From positions 24,800,001 through 24,864,000 of the forward strand of contig CP068257.2 of NCBI GenBank assembly GCA_009914755.4: a stretch of 64,000 bases of DNA, in the 5' to 3' direction. This document shows, in pieces, positions 39,851 through 53,680 of the stretch. The notes below the pieces were generated by a model, which saw only the letters and a program-made list of their open reading frames with translations, was not told where the DNA came from and ran no database searches. Position 1 is the first letter of the stretch. Each line of letters begins with the position of its first letter. Source of the DNA: the human T2T-CHM13v2.0 reference genome, Homo sapiens. The translations under genes and the position numbers were made by a program.

Positions 39851-41899
39851 TCCTCTGGGAATGAATTAGTATTAATTGAATACTAATTCAATTAATTAGT
39901 ATTTTCAATACTTACTAGTATTGAATACTAGTAATTAGTATTGATAGTAATTAGTATTGAATGGAAAAGCAAGTATTAACAGGATACTACCAGTAATAAC
40001 AGAATAATTGCCATGAGGTAAAACTGCATTTCTATGTATCAAGTTTTTTATTATCTACAGTGATGATCTTGTAAATGTGAAAAATAAAAATATTCACTTT
40101 CTCATTTGCATATTCCACAAAAGCAACCACTTCAACCCTTTCAGTTATTTTTTCTAATACCCTCTCTCCTATTTCTCAATATTATTATTACATTATTTTA
40201 TATTTTTTGTTTTTACACATTATTTATTGCCTCCTCTTATACTATTTGGGAATGCAGATCTCTCAGACAAGATTTATCCTTGGTTAAATCAGTCTTCAGT
40301 ATTTACATTGCCATAACTTTGCTATCTGCTGAGCCAAGCAATGTACCATAGTTAACTTTTACAAATTATTATCGCATTTATTTTACAACTTACTATTTTT
40401 AAAGAATTTCCATGAATTTTTATTTTTCCATATACATATTGATATCTGCTCCTTGCAAAAATTCCTAGAAATCTTTCCCACATTATCAGTAGCTTTTTCA
40501 TACTCAAACATAGTAAAATAGCTTATCAGTTCTGTTCTGCTCCCCTGATGATTTCCTTCTTACAGCAACTAAGACTACTGGTTGTTCCGAACCTGGAACT
40601 GTTCCCCTTGAGCCCTGTTTGCTGGTCCTCACATTTAGTTTCTGGACCCAATTCTTGCTAATTCTTGGTGAACTGCATTGTTTGTTGAAGCACGTTCCTG
40701 AATGGCTTCTTAAAAATCGACTCAAAGGAAAGTAGATTTTTCAAGTCTTTGAATGCCTGAAAATGACTTAATGCTTCACTCTTACGTGATTGATAATTCA
40801 TCTATGCATGAAATTCTAAACTGCAAGACATTATTTCTTAGAAATATGAGGGCATTGCTTATTGTCTTCTAGAATTTGGAGCTGCTGTAAAGAATTCCCA
40901 TGGCATTATAATTACTTTCCTTTGTGTGATACCGTTTTTTCTTTTCTTTCTTTCTGGAAGTTCTTAGCATTTTCTTTTTACTCTTGGTATTCTAAAATTT
41001 CATAATGTGCCTGGGTTTAAAATATATATATTTTCCAGGTCCTTTTGATTCTTTATGTTCGGAGACTCACGTCCTTCAGTTGTTGAAACTTCTCCATACA
41101 ATGTTAATTTTTTCTTCACTATTTTCTGTATTCTTCTTTCTGGAAACTCATTCTGAAATAAGCTTTTGAACTTTCTGGATCGATTCTCTAACTCTTTTTT
41201 AAAATCCTTTTTAAAAAACTACTGTCTGGAGAATTTCATTGACTTTATCTTCCAAAGTTGTACTAAACTTTAAATTACAGTTATCTTATTTTTAATTTTC
41301 TGGTGCTTTATCTCATCCTCTATTGCACTCCCCTCCCTGTTTCCAGTGTCTGTGTTTCTTCCATTGATGCAGTCTCTTAATCTTTGAAAGCACCAATGAT
41401 ATATTCTTTGATACTTTCTCTACTGTTTGTATTTCCTCGTCCTGTCTGGGTTCTTTTTTATTGATTGTTCATTTTGATCTCATTCATATTTGATGTTTTC
41501 TTCAAATGTCTGGTGATCCTTGAATTCTCTCCTATCAAAAAAAAAAAAAAGCTTGAAGTAGCTACTTGGAAGTTTAGTTTGCAAGCCAGAATTTGACAGG
41601 TGAACTCCAAAGAACAGGACAAACTGAGATCAGACCATAGATCTTTTCCTTGGGGCTATTCATTTTTCTCCATGAAAGCATTCTCCAATTTCATACTTGG
41701 GGAGCATCAGCCTCACTGCCAATATCCCGGAGCTTGGAATTGTACTCATAAGGATATGAACTTTCATGAAATCCTTACGCTTTCATCTCAGAGACCCAGT
41801 CTCTGGCTTCGCTTTGTCGGCTGTCTTTTGGGTTTCACTCTGGAGGCTTACGGGTTTAAGTCTTCACAAACCATTCTTTGTTGTGTAAAAGCATGATCT

Positions 41900-42020
41900 C
41901 TGAAGGCAGATCACCTGGGTACCAACTATAGCTGTGGAACCTTGGGCATGTTGCTCAATCTCTCTGTGCCTCAGTTTCCTCATTTATAAAGGGAAGGTCA
42001 GTTTGGTGCTCATTTGACTC
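41900..42020 (+). repeat. MIR SINE (5' head and core)
   Basis: gatcacctgggtaccaactatagctgtggaaccttgggcatgttgctcaatctctctgtgcctcagtttcctcatttataaagggaaggtcagtttggtgctc versus MIR ...GCCACTTACTAGCTGTGTGACCTTGGGCAAGTTACTTAACCTCTCTGTGCCTCAGTTTCCTCATCTGTAAAATGGGG. Confidence 0.65.
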
Positions 42021-43261
42021 TCCTCCCAAATTTCTTGTCATGAGTCTTGTGCTCCTGGACTTATCTGTTGGGTAAATAGGTCCTTATTCTCAGTGGTACC
42101 TGAACACCTATCCTATACTTTTCTGAGACTGGCCATAATTTCTTACCCCAAACCACTGGGGCCAGATCTGTCTCATAGTCAGAAATTTTCAGATTTTGTA
42201 AAGAAAATACATACACTACGCATTGTGAAATATTCCCAGGGGCAGCTAGGGCAGCATGTTGAGAACATTTATATTCCTACAGCGAAGGTGGGAATATTAA
42301 CGCTGTTAGATTATATGGGGACTACACAAAAGCCCAAGGTTGGTTCAGGTCAAGTCTGGCCACCAACTGACCTTTATCTGCAATTCTGAAATCCACAGAA
42401 AACTCTGAAAACTGAAAGTGCACATAAGGGATTGTGAAGCTGTATTTATACTTTCCAGAGGATATTTTCTCTCTAACACTTTTCCCCACCTACATACAAA
42501 AATAGAATGCCATTAAGAATATCAATAAACTCCTTTAAAATACTTCTATAGGCATTTTTACTTAGTTATTAAGAAGGCAGAATGTGAGACATATTTGGAT
42601 GTGTTGCTATTAGTAATTAAATAATAGCAGAGTCCAGTAGTTTAATAAATAAATCTTTTCAAGAAAAAAAGATCTATGAAAGGAGATAATTTGAAGTGAG
42701 AAAATTAAAAGTAATCTGGAAACTTCCTTTATTGTAAGTTTCAGGTCCAAATAAGATTAAACTGGAGGACTTAATTTATGTTCCAGAAATAATCAATGGC
42801 CCAGTTATTCAGGCATAGAGTTTCCAAACTATGTGTTATGGAAGCTGTTAAGATATCGAATTGGGACATATTTATATTCATTAATTCTTTTCTTAAATAG
42901 AGGAAAGTAGAAAATTAGTCACATTTTGTTTCCTTGTTGGCAGCTCCAGCAAAAGTGCCTGCTCTTGAGGTCAATAATGAGGTTGCAACTAATGTATTAA
43001 ATTAGTTTTTTTGATTAAATCATGAAGTTGGTGCCCTTGATCCTTTGATACCCATTAGCAATCGTAAATTAGTTATTTAAGACATGGCAAGTATAAAATT
43101 TACAGCATTATTTACTTTGTAATTAATAAAAAGAAACAATAAACAAATAGTAACTTTCCTGCATATAAATAATTGGCTCAGTCAACTGCTGGAAAGTGAG
43201 AAGCTATTAATTTGAAAAATCTGGCATCATTAAAACCTTGAAAAAATTTCAGGGAATGTAT

Positions 43262-44760
43262 TTTTTTTAAAACAACGCCTTGCAAGGTTTGCACATTTTC
43301 CTCTCTCCTTTTAAACTTTTATTTTAAAATAATTATAAATTCACGGGAAGTGTAAAAAGAGTACAGAGAGAGCTCACGTACCCTTCACCCAGTTTCCCCA
43401 GATGGTTACATCTTAAGTAACAATGGCACAACATGAAAAGCAGGAAATTGACATTACTATAAGGTGTATTTATAGTTCCATGTCATCTGAACACATGCAC
43501 AGAGTCATATAACCACTACAGCAAGCAAGATACAAAACTATTCCATCATCACAAAATATTTCCCTTTCGCTATTACTTTGCTTTATGGTCATATCCAACA
43601 TGCCTTCTCTCTGCCATCAATAACCCCGGGTATCAGCAATCTGTTCTCCGTTTCTGTAATTTAGTCATTTCAAGAAGATTATACAAATGGAATCATACAG
43701 CATGTGAGTTTTGGAGATAGTCTTTTTTCCCTCAGCGTAATGCCTTTGGAATCCATTCCAGTTTCTGCATGTATCAGTAGTTCATTCCTAGATGAGCAAG
43801 CAGTCCATAATATGGCTATAACACACTTTGTTTAACCATTATTTATTGTAGGGCATTTTGGTTTGACAAATAAAGTTGCTATAAACAATCATGTACAGAT
43901 TTTTGTGTGGACATAAGTATTCATTTCTCTGCAATAAATGCCCAGAAGTGCAATTACTGGGATGTACGATAAATGTATGTTTGAGTTTTAAAGAAACTTC
44001 CAAGTTATTTACATTCCTACCAGCAAGGTATGAGAGATCCTCTCTGCGTCCTTGCCAGTATCTAGTTTTATAATCTGTTTTTTAGCTGTTTTAACGGATA
44101 AAGCATTAAGTGTAGTGGTATTTCATCATGGCCTTAATTTGCATTCCCGTAATGGCTAGCAAGGTTGAACATGTTTTCGAAAGCTTATTTGCCATTCATC
44201 TTCTTCAGTGAAATGTCCACCTGAGTCTTTTGCCCATATTCTAATTGGATTGCTTGGTTATTTTACTGTTGAGTTTTTGAGAATTATTTGAGTCCTTTAC
44301 AAAATATGTAGTTTGCGAATATTTTTACTGGTCTGTAGCACATCTTTTCATTCTCCCAACAGGGTCGTTCACAGAACAAAAGTTTTTAAATAAAGTCCAA
44401 TCTATCATTTTTTTTCTTTTATGGATTGTGCTTTGGGGTCATACGTGGGAACTTTTCATGAAGCCCTAGGTCCTGAAGACTTTCTCCTATGCTTCTTTCT
44501 AAAAGACTGATTATTTTACATTTGATATTTAAACCTATGATCTGTTTTTGTTTAATTTCTGTACGAGGTATTAGATTTAGGTTGAGGTTCATTATTACCA
44601 GATTATTTTGCCTGTGGATAGCCAGCTACTTCAGTACCATTTATTAAAAGCATTCCTCATCCCCCCATCGCATTGCTTTTGCACCTTTGTCAAAAATCAG
44701 TTGGCCTGTGCAGGACTGTTTCTAGGTTCTAATTTAGCTAATTTTTTTTTCTTTTTTTGC
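43262..44760 (-). mobile_element. Ancient L1 (L1M/L1MB-like) 3' 1.5 kb: degenerate ORF2 C-terminal region plus 3' UTR
   Basis: The plus strand is the reverse complement of the L1M 3' end: ...cttttaaacttttattttaaaataattataaattcacgggaagtgtaaaaagagtacagagagagctcacgtacc...; ...ccattcatcttcttcagtgaaatgtcc...; ...ttttgcacctttgtcaaaaatcagttggcctgtgcaggactgtttc (sense: gaacagtcctgcacaggccaactgatttttgacaaaggtgcaaaag). Confidence 0.75.
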
Positions 44761-46346
44761 AAAATGAGATTTTATAATCAAGATATTAAATGTATCTATG
44801 GTGGCTGAAATAATATGAAACTGTCTTTTATAACAAAGCTCAGAGATAATATATTTTATTCCATAAATCGCTTTTCATGAGTAAAAAAAGATTCTGATAA
44901 TGTTGCCATGTTGCAGTAACACTTTTAGGCTTAGCACTGCTATACAGCAGCTTACTAGTTATCTTGATGTGGTTTTACTATTAATATTAAATAATATTTA
45001 AGGAAAATAGCAGATATGAAAAGTACGCCAGAGTAATATTTATCTTCTTCTCGGATACGACCCAATTTACAAATGCATTTTATAAAACTATAAATCAAAG
45101 GGCTTATGAATATTCTATGTAATAATTTAGTAACAGCAGTCCCAATAAAGTAGAAAAATTAAAAAGGCCATGCGGATATTTGATATCTATATTTGATACC
45201 ACACGGATATTTTACACCTATACAAAAAGTGGGGAAAATTCTAGAATATTTTTGTTAGGATAAACTTCCATATGGAAATAAGAGTTTGAAATAAAATACC
45301 TTTACCTTTGAAATAAGTCAAAGGTAAAAGTATCAGAAGAGAGAGTTCTCTGGAAAAAGTAACCATAGCTTCAAAAGAATAAACTTAAAGTAGGTTTATT
45401 TCTTATTAAAATAAAAAAATTATAAGTGAAGCTAAAGCATTTTTATCTTTTGTTAAAGAAGGTAATATTTAGTCGACTTATTTATTTGTGATGATACACA
45501 TGAGATGAATTAAGCAATGATAAAAATCCTATTCCTACTACAGCGCTGAAAGTCGACTACATACATGAGAATAAATCTTGGCAAAATTCTATATCAGATC
45601 ATCCTACTTCCTCAATAATTCATTCTTTTGGCCAATTCATTAAAATACTGTAATACCCTTGAATACAATGTTTTATTATAAATCATTGGCAATTTTAGTA
45701 ACACTTTGACTTGCTTAACTTAAAAATAATGCATTTTCTTCTCTGTTGCTTAAATAAATACAGAAAATAATAGAAAAACAAACTCAATGGAGTATCATTT
45801 TCAATATTAACAGTATTTACTTATATTAATCGTAGGATCTCAGAACTATCTCTATTTCTATTTTTATCTCTATGAGTCTGGTTACATGTACATCTATGTA
45901 TACGTGTATCAGATAAGAAAACCATAATATCGAATAGTTAAATTGTTATTAAATATTGTTACTACTCCAAGTGTAAAATGCTTAGGAGGGTAGGAAGACC
46001 AATCCATGTAATTTTTCCAGTAAGTCTACATTACTTGCAAAAAAAAAAAAATCTGTAAAATCCAAATATGCTAATAATGTTTATTTTGCTTTTTTTTTTC
46101 TTTCATTCTGGTGACTCCCCTTAATAACTTCACTCAATATATCCTCTTTCTTGGGGCTTTATAGATAACTTCTTTCTGTTAGCCTCATGATAATAAAACT
46201 GGAAACTAATATCTCTTTGAATGAATAAATTTACGTGATTTATTGACTCAAGCCCCATGACAGAGACAATTGTGTAACCCAATATTCATTTTCTACATTT
46301 TCCTTGATAAAAGAAGTCTGAGGGTTGACTAAAATAAAGACTACAT

Positions 46347-46404
46347 CTTCCCCTACTTCCTTCCTTCCTTCCTTCCTTCCTTCCTTCCTTCCTTCCTTCC
46401 TTCC
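46347..46404. repeat. (TTCC)n / (GGAA)n microsatellite, ~14 units, at the 3' tail of the adjacent minus-strand Alu
   Basis: cttccttccttccttccttccttccttccttccttccttccttccttccttcc immediately precedes the Alu body at 46405. Confidence 0.95.
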
Positions 46405-46670
46405 AGACAAGGTCTAACTGCGTCACCCAGGCTGGAGTGCAGTGACTCACTGAAGTCTCAACCTCTGGGCTCAAGTGATTCTCCCACCTCAGCCTCCCTA
46501 GTAGCTGGCACTATGGGCACACGTCACCATTACCAGCTAATTTTGTAATTTTTGTAGAGACAGGATTTCGCTATGTTGCCAGGCTGGTCTCCAACTCCTG
46601 AGGTAAAGCAATCTGCCTGCCTCAGCCTCCCAAAGTGCTGGGATTACAGGCATGAGCCACCATGCCTGGC
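46405..46670 (-). mobile_element. Alu SINE
   Basis: gacaaggtctaactgcgtcacccaggctggagtgcagtgactcactgaagtctcaacctctgggctcaagtgattctcccacctcagcctccctagtagctggcactatgggcacacgtcaccattaccagctaattttgtaatttttgtagagacaggatttcgctatgttgccaggctggtctcc...ctcccaaagtgctgggattacaggcatgagccaccatgcctggc. Confidence 0.9.
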
Positions 46671-46689
46671 GAGTACTACATCTTCCAGG

Positions 46690-46735
46690 TAGCCTTAAAG
46701 CTAGTGTTTTGTTTTGTTTTGTTTTTTACATGTTG
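46690..46735. repeat. (GTTTT)n pentanucleotide repeat
   Basis: agtgttttgttttgttttgttttttac. Confidence 0.85.
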
Positions 46736-48140
46736 AGTTTTGGAAAATAAGTTGTAATAAAATATTTTGTGTCAATTCTCAGGAAACCTCCTTAAAAGAT
46801 GGCTGGAATGGGATTTTTCTCCCATTTTCTGTCTTACCTTCCTTTCAGCTTTCTGAAATAGGAGTGTAATGGCTGAGCTCTAGTCTCCAAGGTGGACCAT
46901 GAAGACAAGAGCCATATCCTAGGGATGGAAGAGGTATGAGTTTGATGGAGTTTGTATCCTTAATAACAACATGGAGATGCTGTATCAACTCCCATTTCCT
47001 TTGCACGAGAAACAAACTAGTTTAAAAAAAATTATTAAAGTCTCTGTTATTCTAGTTTGAGTGTGAATGTATGTGTGTGTGATATGCTACCCAACCTAAT
47101 CTTACCTAATACAATTCCTTTGCCAAAATTGCTATATAGTTTAAACAAAAACAAATATTTAATGTGGAAATGGCAGTTTTAAGGAACATACAGGTACTCT
47201 GGGATCCTGTAGAAAAGTTCTAAAAAAGCATATCAGAACCAGGAAAGCAAGAGACTGCATTCAATTTCATTAATTGGGATTGTTCCTCATATCTTACGTA
47301 GAATTAAACTTTATGGCTCAGTGAGAGATCTTTAAGAAATCTATACATTACTTCGATGTCAAAGTAGTATACAAAATGAGAATAAAAAGTGCTCTTGAAT
47401 ATGTTGTAGATTGTAGGGTGATCTACAGAATAACACTTTATCACTAGAGTTCAATGGTAAATGCTTTGATTGATGAACAAAAAGTACCCTTTAAGAACTG
47501 CCTGGTTAGCATTTATTTGCACTGACTGAATTATCTGAACAAGTGCCAAATTCTTACATGATTTTGTGCCAATATAGATTTAATGAGAGTCAAATACATA
47601 TGATTCAAAAATGGTCATATTAAAAAAATCAAACACGATTTTTCAGTTTTCTGTAAGGTTTTATATACATGCACATACATATTGTTTTATGTATGTATAA
47701 TATATATAATATAAGATATATATTTAACTGTGTGGATACCAAATGTCATCATTTGGTTAGTTGTCAGTACAGCTTTGAGACTGCACAACACAGCATACTA
47801 TATGTCAAAATCTAAATGCAGTAAATCATAGTTACAGAAGTTTCTAGAACATTTTAATGCTATGTACATGAAAGTGATTCATTTAACTGTTTAACACCAA
47901 TATTTGGAAAAGCAGTATTGACTCAGTAGTACTGAAACAGGTATAATTGTATCCCCAGTAACAACATGGAGATGCTATATCAACTCCTGTTCCCTTTACA
48001 TGAGGGAGAAACAAACTCGTTTTTGAAAAACAAAACACCTTAGATGTTTGATTTATCCCTCAGTCATTTTGCCTACAATTCTAACTGACTACCACTAGAT
48101 AGCGACATTCACGACTTCACTCATTAAGTATATATTGAGC

Positions 48141-48462
<322 letters not shown>

Positions 48463-48934
48463 CTAGCACTATTCTGGGTACTACGATACAAAGTTGGATG
48501 ATACATAATACTTGACTTTAAAGATTTTAGAGCCATGTACTAGATAGTAAACAAAGAGATTTTGAAGGTCAACTATCTCCAGGCATAGAAGACTATGACA
48601 AGACAACAATGAAATAATTTGGTCATACTCAGCAAAAGAGAATTGTTTTTCTTTTTAAAGTATAAATATAATACACTAGAGAGAATAGTAGTAATTTCTT
48701 AATGCTATTTCTTGGTTACATGTAACAGATTTTTGAATCAGAGAGTACTTTTGGGACATTGACCACAACTCACGTGTTTTGAAGGTAAGAAAACCAAATA
48801 TGTGAGGACCTAAAATAAAATAGTTGCCAAAGTTCTTCCAGCTAGTTTTGTGGTAGAGTTCAAACTGGAGCTTGGCAGTCCTAATTTCCACCACGGAGCT
48901 GAGTAGATTGCAATGGCCTGCCTTGCTCTCATTT

Positions 48935-49010
48935 TCTCATCCACTCAACAAATGCTATGGTGTATCTTCTTTGTGCCAGACACTCTACTAAGCACTAGGC
49001 ATGTAAAGAT
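48935..49010 (-). repeat. MIR SINE tail fragment
   Basis: catccactcaacaaatgctatggtgtatcttctttgtgccagacactctactaagcactaggcatg is the reverse complement of MIR ...GCGCTTAGAACAGTGCCTGGCACATAGTAAGCGCTCAATAAATG. Confidence 0.55.
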
Positions 49011-52000
49011 GAAAAAATTCTACTTGGGAAGTAGAGAAAGAGAGGAGAAAAGAATTCCTGGAATGTCTGTGAAATTTAAGCTCTAAGACCTGATGACTGA
49101 TCCAACGGGGGAGTGAGTGAAAGGCAAGAGTGTAGAATGCTTTCCCTATGGGTGATTGCATTCTGCCACACAATACAGTCTATCAAAATGTGTTGAAAAG
49201 AAAAATATGAAACATGGAATTATAAACTAGAGTCCAATAGATACAGCTACTGCACACAGGCTTTCCTGCTTTTCTCATTCCAAGCCTAAAAAATCTTCAA
49301 TTACTTCCAGATACAATACTCTCATTTATAATGCATTGGCATGGTTCACCCTTTTGAAGTAACCTTTGCTGAAACTTCCCACTGAGCTAATTATCTTAAC
49401 TTGCTTATGGTGATTACTTTAGACAGGACTTTCTTCTTTTTCTTTCTGTACCTTTTTGTCATGCTTTGAGTGGAAATAAAAACTCACAAACTGGTTTTTT
49501 AATAGTGACTACAAGGATTTCTATTGAAAGTCCATTTGTTGAGATTTAAGTCCTGAGAGCATATAAGACTTAAAAGATTGAATGCGATATGAAAATTCAG
49601 AGCTAATACTCTTTCCTTTCCATTGACTCGAAGATGGAGAGTTTCAAATAAATATGGAGGCTCACACAGTCAATGACCTGGCAGAACAGCATCTGCTTTT
49701 TGGGGGCAGCTGGATATTTAAAGATTTAATAAGGATTAAATATTTAAAGATTCTAATAAAACTCATGTTGATATTGGAGATTGTAAACCTTTCCAAAGTA
49801 ACTGCTGAAGGAGGTAATAAACTCTGATGGCAAGTAGACTCCAGACAATGAGTCCACGTGCCTAACCCAGTGTCTTCTCCTGTGGCTCTACTGATTGCTT
49901 TTGTCTACACATTACAAGCTGGCCTGCCCACCCAGGCCACTGTGATCCTTTGCCTGGGCCCTCGCAAGTTCCCATTCTCTGTTGAGACAAGCCTGTGACT
50001 GATCGCTGTCTGCTGGGGAGATCTCCTGTTCTAGGGCTGTCAGTGATTTGCCTGGTTCTGACATTTATTATCTGCACACAACTCTCACAAGCCTGAGGCT
50101 GCCCAGACTCAACAGCTCCTGCCCAGTCACACCTCCTCAAATGTCTTGCTCACAACCTTACCTGTGTCAGCCTGATGTGATTGATTGGAGCTGTCATACT
50201 TTGGCTTCCTCTTAGGGTCTAGCTTCGTGCGCATTAAAATTCACAAGCAACCTATTTTCATCATAGCATCAATATCATTCTCTTTCACTATAGATGCTGC
50301 TAATACACAGCTCCAAATAGTTTCTGAGTTTTATGTCTATCCATTAGATCTCAATCTCATCTTATTCCAGTATATACAATCCCAGAGAAGGAACGTGATT
50401 GGCGTTGGGAACCTACCTTTGTATCAATTCACATGGCCAAGGCCAGAGATACTGTAATTGGCCTAGCTTTAATTAGATACCTGTCCTTAGACCTGCCATT
50501 TGTAACCACTGAGAAAGACATGAGGGAAATAGAGGTGCTCAGTTTAGTAGCAGAGGCAGGGGAATTGGCAAACAATGACACAGACATTCACACACACTGC
50601 AACTTTGTATGGTTGGCATTATTTGAATTCTAGGTTCAAGTTTGCACCTACAGATGTGAGCTAGAATTATAAAGAATGAATGACAGAGACAGATGCCCCC
50701 AAATCTCAGTTCCATTTATCTTTCATCTAAACATATAAGTGGTACCACAAAGTCAGAAACGTACCTTTGGGCATGTTTGCAGGAGTGAGGCTACGAAGAG
50801 TTCTAGTGGCCATCTGTTCTGGCAGATCATATTTCAAAAAAAAAAAATCTCAAGGTCGAAGAGAATAATAAATTATGCAGCATGAAACAATTTTAAATAT
50901 CTCTAGCCTACCTATGATGTTGGAAATTTAAGGGAGACTAAGACTGGGAAAGACACACGCATATGCATAGGATTAAACGCAAGTGGGGAAGTGCAAACTA
51001 GGTTCTATGAGATCAGAGAGGACGGCATCTATCACATATGTTAGCATGTGTGAGAGTGTGTGTGAGTAGAGATTGGTTGTGTGAGAGAGAGGTTGTGTGT
51101 ATATGTGTGTGTGTGAAAGGGTAACTTAGGGAGTTAACCCTTTCTGAATCCTAAAGGGTTGACGGGATTAGAGCAGAAGCACATTTCAGATCAAAAGAAC
51201 ACAGAAATGCCATAGGAATGTAATATATCATGATGTGCTTCAGGGACCATGAAAAGTTGACAGTTGCTGGAATAAAAAACAGAGAGGTAAGGCTGGAGAA
51301 TAAGCAGAGGTTTGGGTGGGGTCTTCTGGATAAGGAACGTCTTTAATAATACTGTAAAGAACTTGAACTTTTTATTGGAGTTCATGGGAAACAAATGAAA
51401 TGGTCTAAACATGGATACGTTTAAGGGTAACATGGAGAATGGATTTGATGGGTACCAGACTGTGTCCAGGCATTCTAATTAAAAGACTGTTGTAAATATC
51501 TGGACAAAAGATGGTAAAAGACTTAACTTGGCAATGGCAGTGGGACAGGAAAGAAGGTGGGGAGAAAAGAATTCAGGAAAAACATTGAAGGTAAAGTTAG
51601 TTGTGTCTTAAAGTTACCAAGTTCAAACTCCTAAAGGACTATTACAACTCTATCCTATTCCAAGTCACCCAAAGCTATTGGACACTCCTAATATTTAAAA
51701 GTAACTAAGTCTGGAGGAAGTTTATTCCACTGTGGAATAGCACCCTGAATGTGTGTGAAATTTTAAGGTAAATTTGGTATACTAGATCTCTTACTGTTCC
51801 CAGAGGAGTGACCTCTAGAAAGGGAAGTTTCTGACACCTTGTAGGAAAGAAGGGATGGATCAGGCCCAGAAAGGTATCACAAAGAGTGCAGGAGATAAAC
51901 TTTGCTTACTGTTGTTGCTTACTGGTCTGACTTTAACCACCTTTGTTTTCCAAAGATGAACATGTTTATAAAATGCATATCTACTCTTTAATACTGCATT

Positions 52001-52180
52001 ACATAAACTTTCAGCATAATGAGCATGCATAGATAGGAAGTTTGCTTTACTTGTATTATCAATGGACTCTTAACTGTCCTTCTCTGAAACTAATGTTCTT
52101 AAACTTCTGTTAAACATAAATTAAAAATAATAATCTTTTAGTTATTCTTAGATTGCTTCCTGCAGTCTGATCTTTCCATC

Positions 52181-53680
52181 CAGGTCTTTGTGCAGTTGGA
52201 ATCTAATTGGATCAGACAATGCCCGAGGTTCCCTCCAGCTCCCTAGTACCACAACTAATTAGCAGAAATTCTACTTTAATAATACAGTTGCTGCAGGTCA
52301 AGAAAGAAAAGCAAAGCAGAAATGGAAATCTCAGCTTAATGAACATTGAAAAAAGATTAGAAGTGAGTTAAATTTCGGTGTGATAATTAATTACAGTCCA
52401 ACAAGAACAAAATTCTATGAATATTGACTAGCTGTAATTAACCTATATTTATTCACACAATTATCTCCCCCAACATCACCTCCATTTCTGAGGGGGGAGA
52501 AAGACAATATCTTCTTTCAAGAATTCTTATGTATTGTCAAGATAAGCAACAATCTCAAGTCTGTGGAGATGTAATAATTATCAAGGTAATATTAAATATA
52601 TAAGTAATTATAGCTGCATGTACTCATTCATATTATCTAGCTAAATTTTAATTACTTGTTTCTAATTTGGAAAGATATACTTTTGTCTCAAAGACCTTGG
52701 CAAAAGATGGCTACACCAAGACGCAGTAGTTGGTGTGGAAGATATCTTCTGTGATTTTTTTTTTCCCCTTAAAAGAGTAACAGTTTCAGAATATTCTATG
52801 CTTGTATACACAAACTGGGACATCACATTGTGCCCCATAAATATATGTAATTACTATTTGTCAATTTTAAAAGGAGAAGAAAAGATTTAAAAATCAGATG
52901 TATTTTTAGAAGCAGTTACTATAATGTGTTTGAATGTTTAACTGTATTCTTTGAAATTCCCATAGACCAGGGTGCTACTTACTCTTGTAAGAGTAACGTG
53001 TTACAGGGAACTTACCAGAGAGAAGATTTATGCCAGGGTTGAGCCATCGGAGTGATGGTTCTTACACCACAACTTTGTTTCTTTTCTATGTCCCAGAAGT
53101 CAGAGAAACTGAATTCTGTTTCATGTACCAGGACAGGCAAAAGGAAAGAGGAACAACCTGAGAAATGACTGTTTTTCTACCAGAGGAGCAGAAAGTTAGT
53201 CAGTATAAGCTGTGTAGACTGGGAGAATTAGGCAACCTGCAGTTATTCACATAACTTATGTTGCCTATGTGGACAGGCGGAATAAGGAGAATTACAGTCT
53301 GGGTTATCACTTCAGATAGAGATTCTTCTGATCACATTAATGCAGATTGGGCAGAGAGTGGTAGATCTAACAGCAACAGGAATTAAAGGGGTAGTAATCT
53401 TTGGGTCCACAGATCCATCTAAATCAAGTGAGTGCTAGCAGCAAGCTTGCAACAGTTAGGGCTTGCCAAATATCTGCGCTAGGCTCTACATTTCCCAGCT
53501 TCCCACGCGTCTCAGAAGGGCCATGTGACTAACTTTTCCCAACAGACTTAAAGAAAGTGATGTTTACTTCCTGTCACTTCAGTAAAGTCACGTTTACTTC
53601 CTGTCACCTCCAACTGCATTGGAGGGTTGTCTAATTGGGCATTATGTGATCCAATTAGACTCCAACTGCACAAAGACCTG
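52181..53680. mobile_element. Putative nonautonomous DNA transposon relic (~1.5 kb) with ~50-bp terminal inverted repeats and 8-bp flanking direct repeats
   Basis: Left end is caggtctttgtgcagttggaatctaattggatcagacaatgccc. The reverse complement of the right end is caggtctttgtgcagttggagtctaattggatcacataatgccc, about 47 bp with 3 mismatches. The element starts CAGG, as many hAT TIRs do. Flanks are TTTCCATC (52173-52180) versus TTTCCACT (53681-53688), 6/8 identical. There is no coding capacity inside. The interior carries a tandem duplication of tgatgtttacttcctgtcac at 53545-53615. The family is unassigned. Confidence 0.5.

Noticed and set aside
40350-41560. 1.2-kb T-rich low-complexity block ending in A15, considered as an ancient L1 antisense segment (L1ME-like) or a poly-A-terminated retroposon
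   Set aside because: The diction resembles old L1 antisense, but I cannot align it to a consensus from memory. The A-run at 41540 is on the wrong side for a minus-strand LINE. It is left unclassified.
49860-50170. GC-richer 300-bp block (minus ORF 49862-50140, 92 aa) considered as a possible exon
   Set aside because: It has few CpGs, no flanking splice consensus in either orientation, and the translation is low-complexity. It is more likely an old repeat or LTR fragment.
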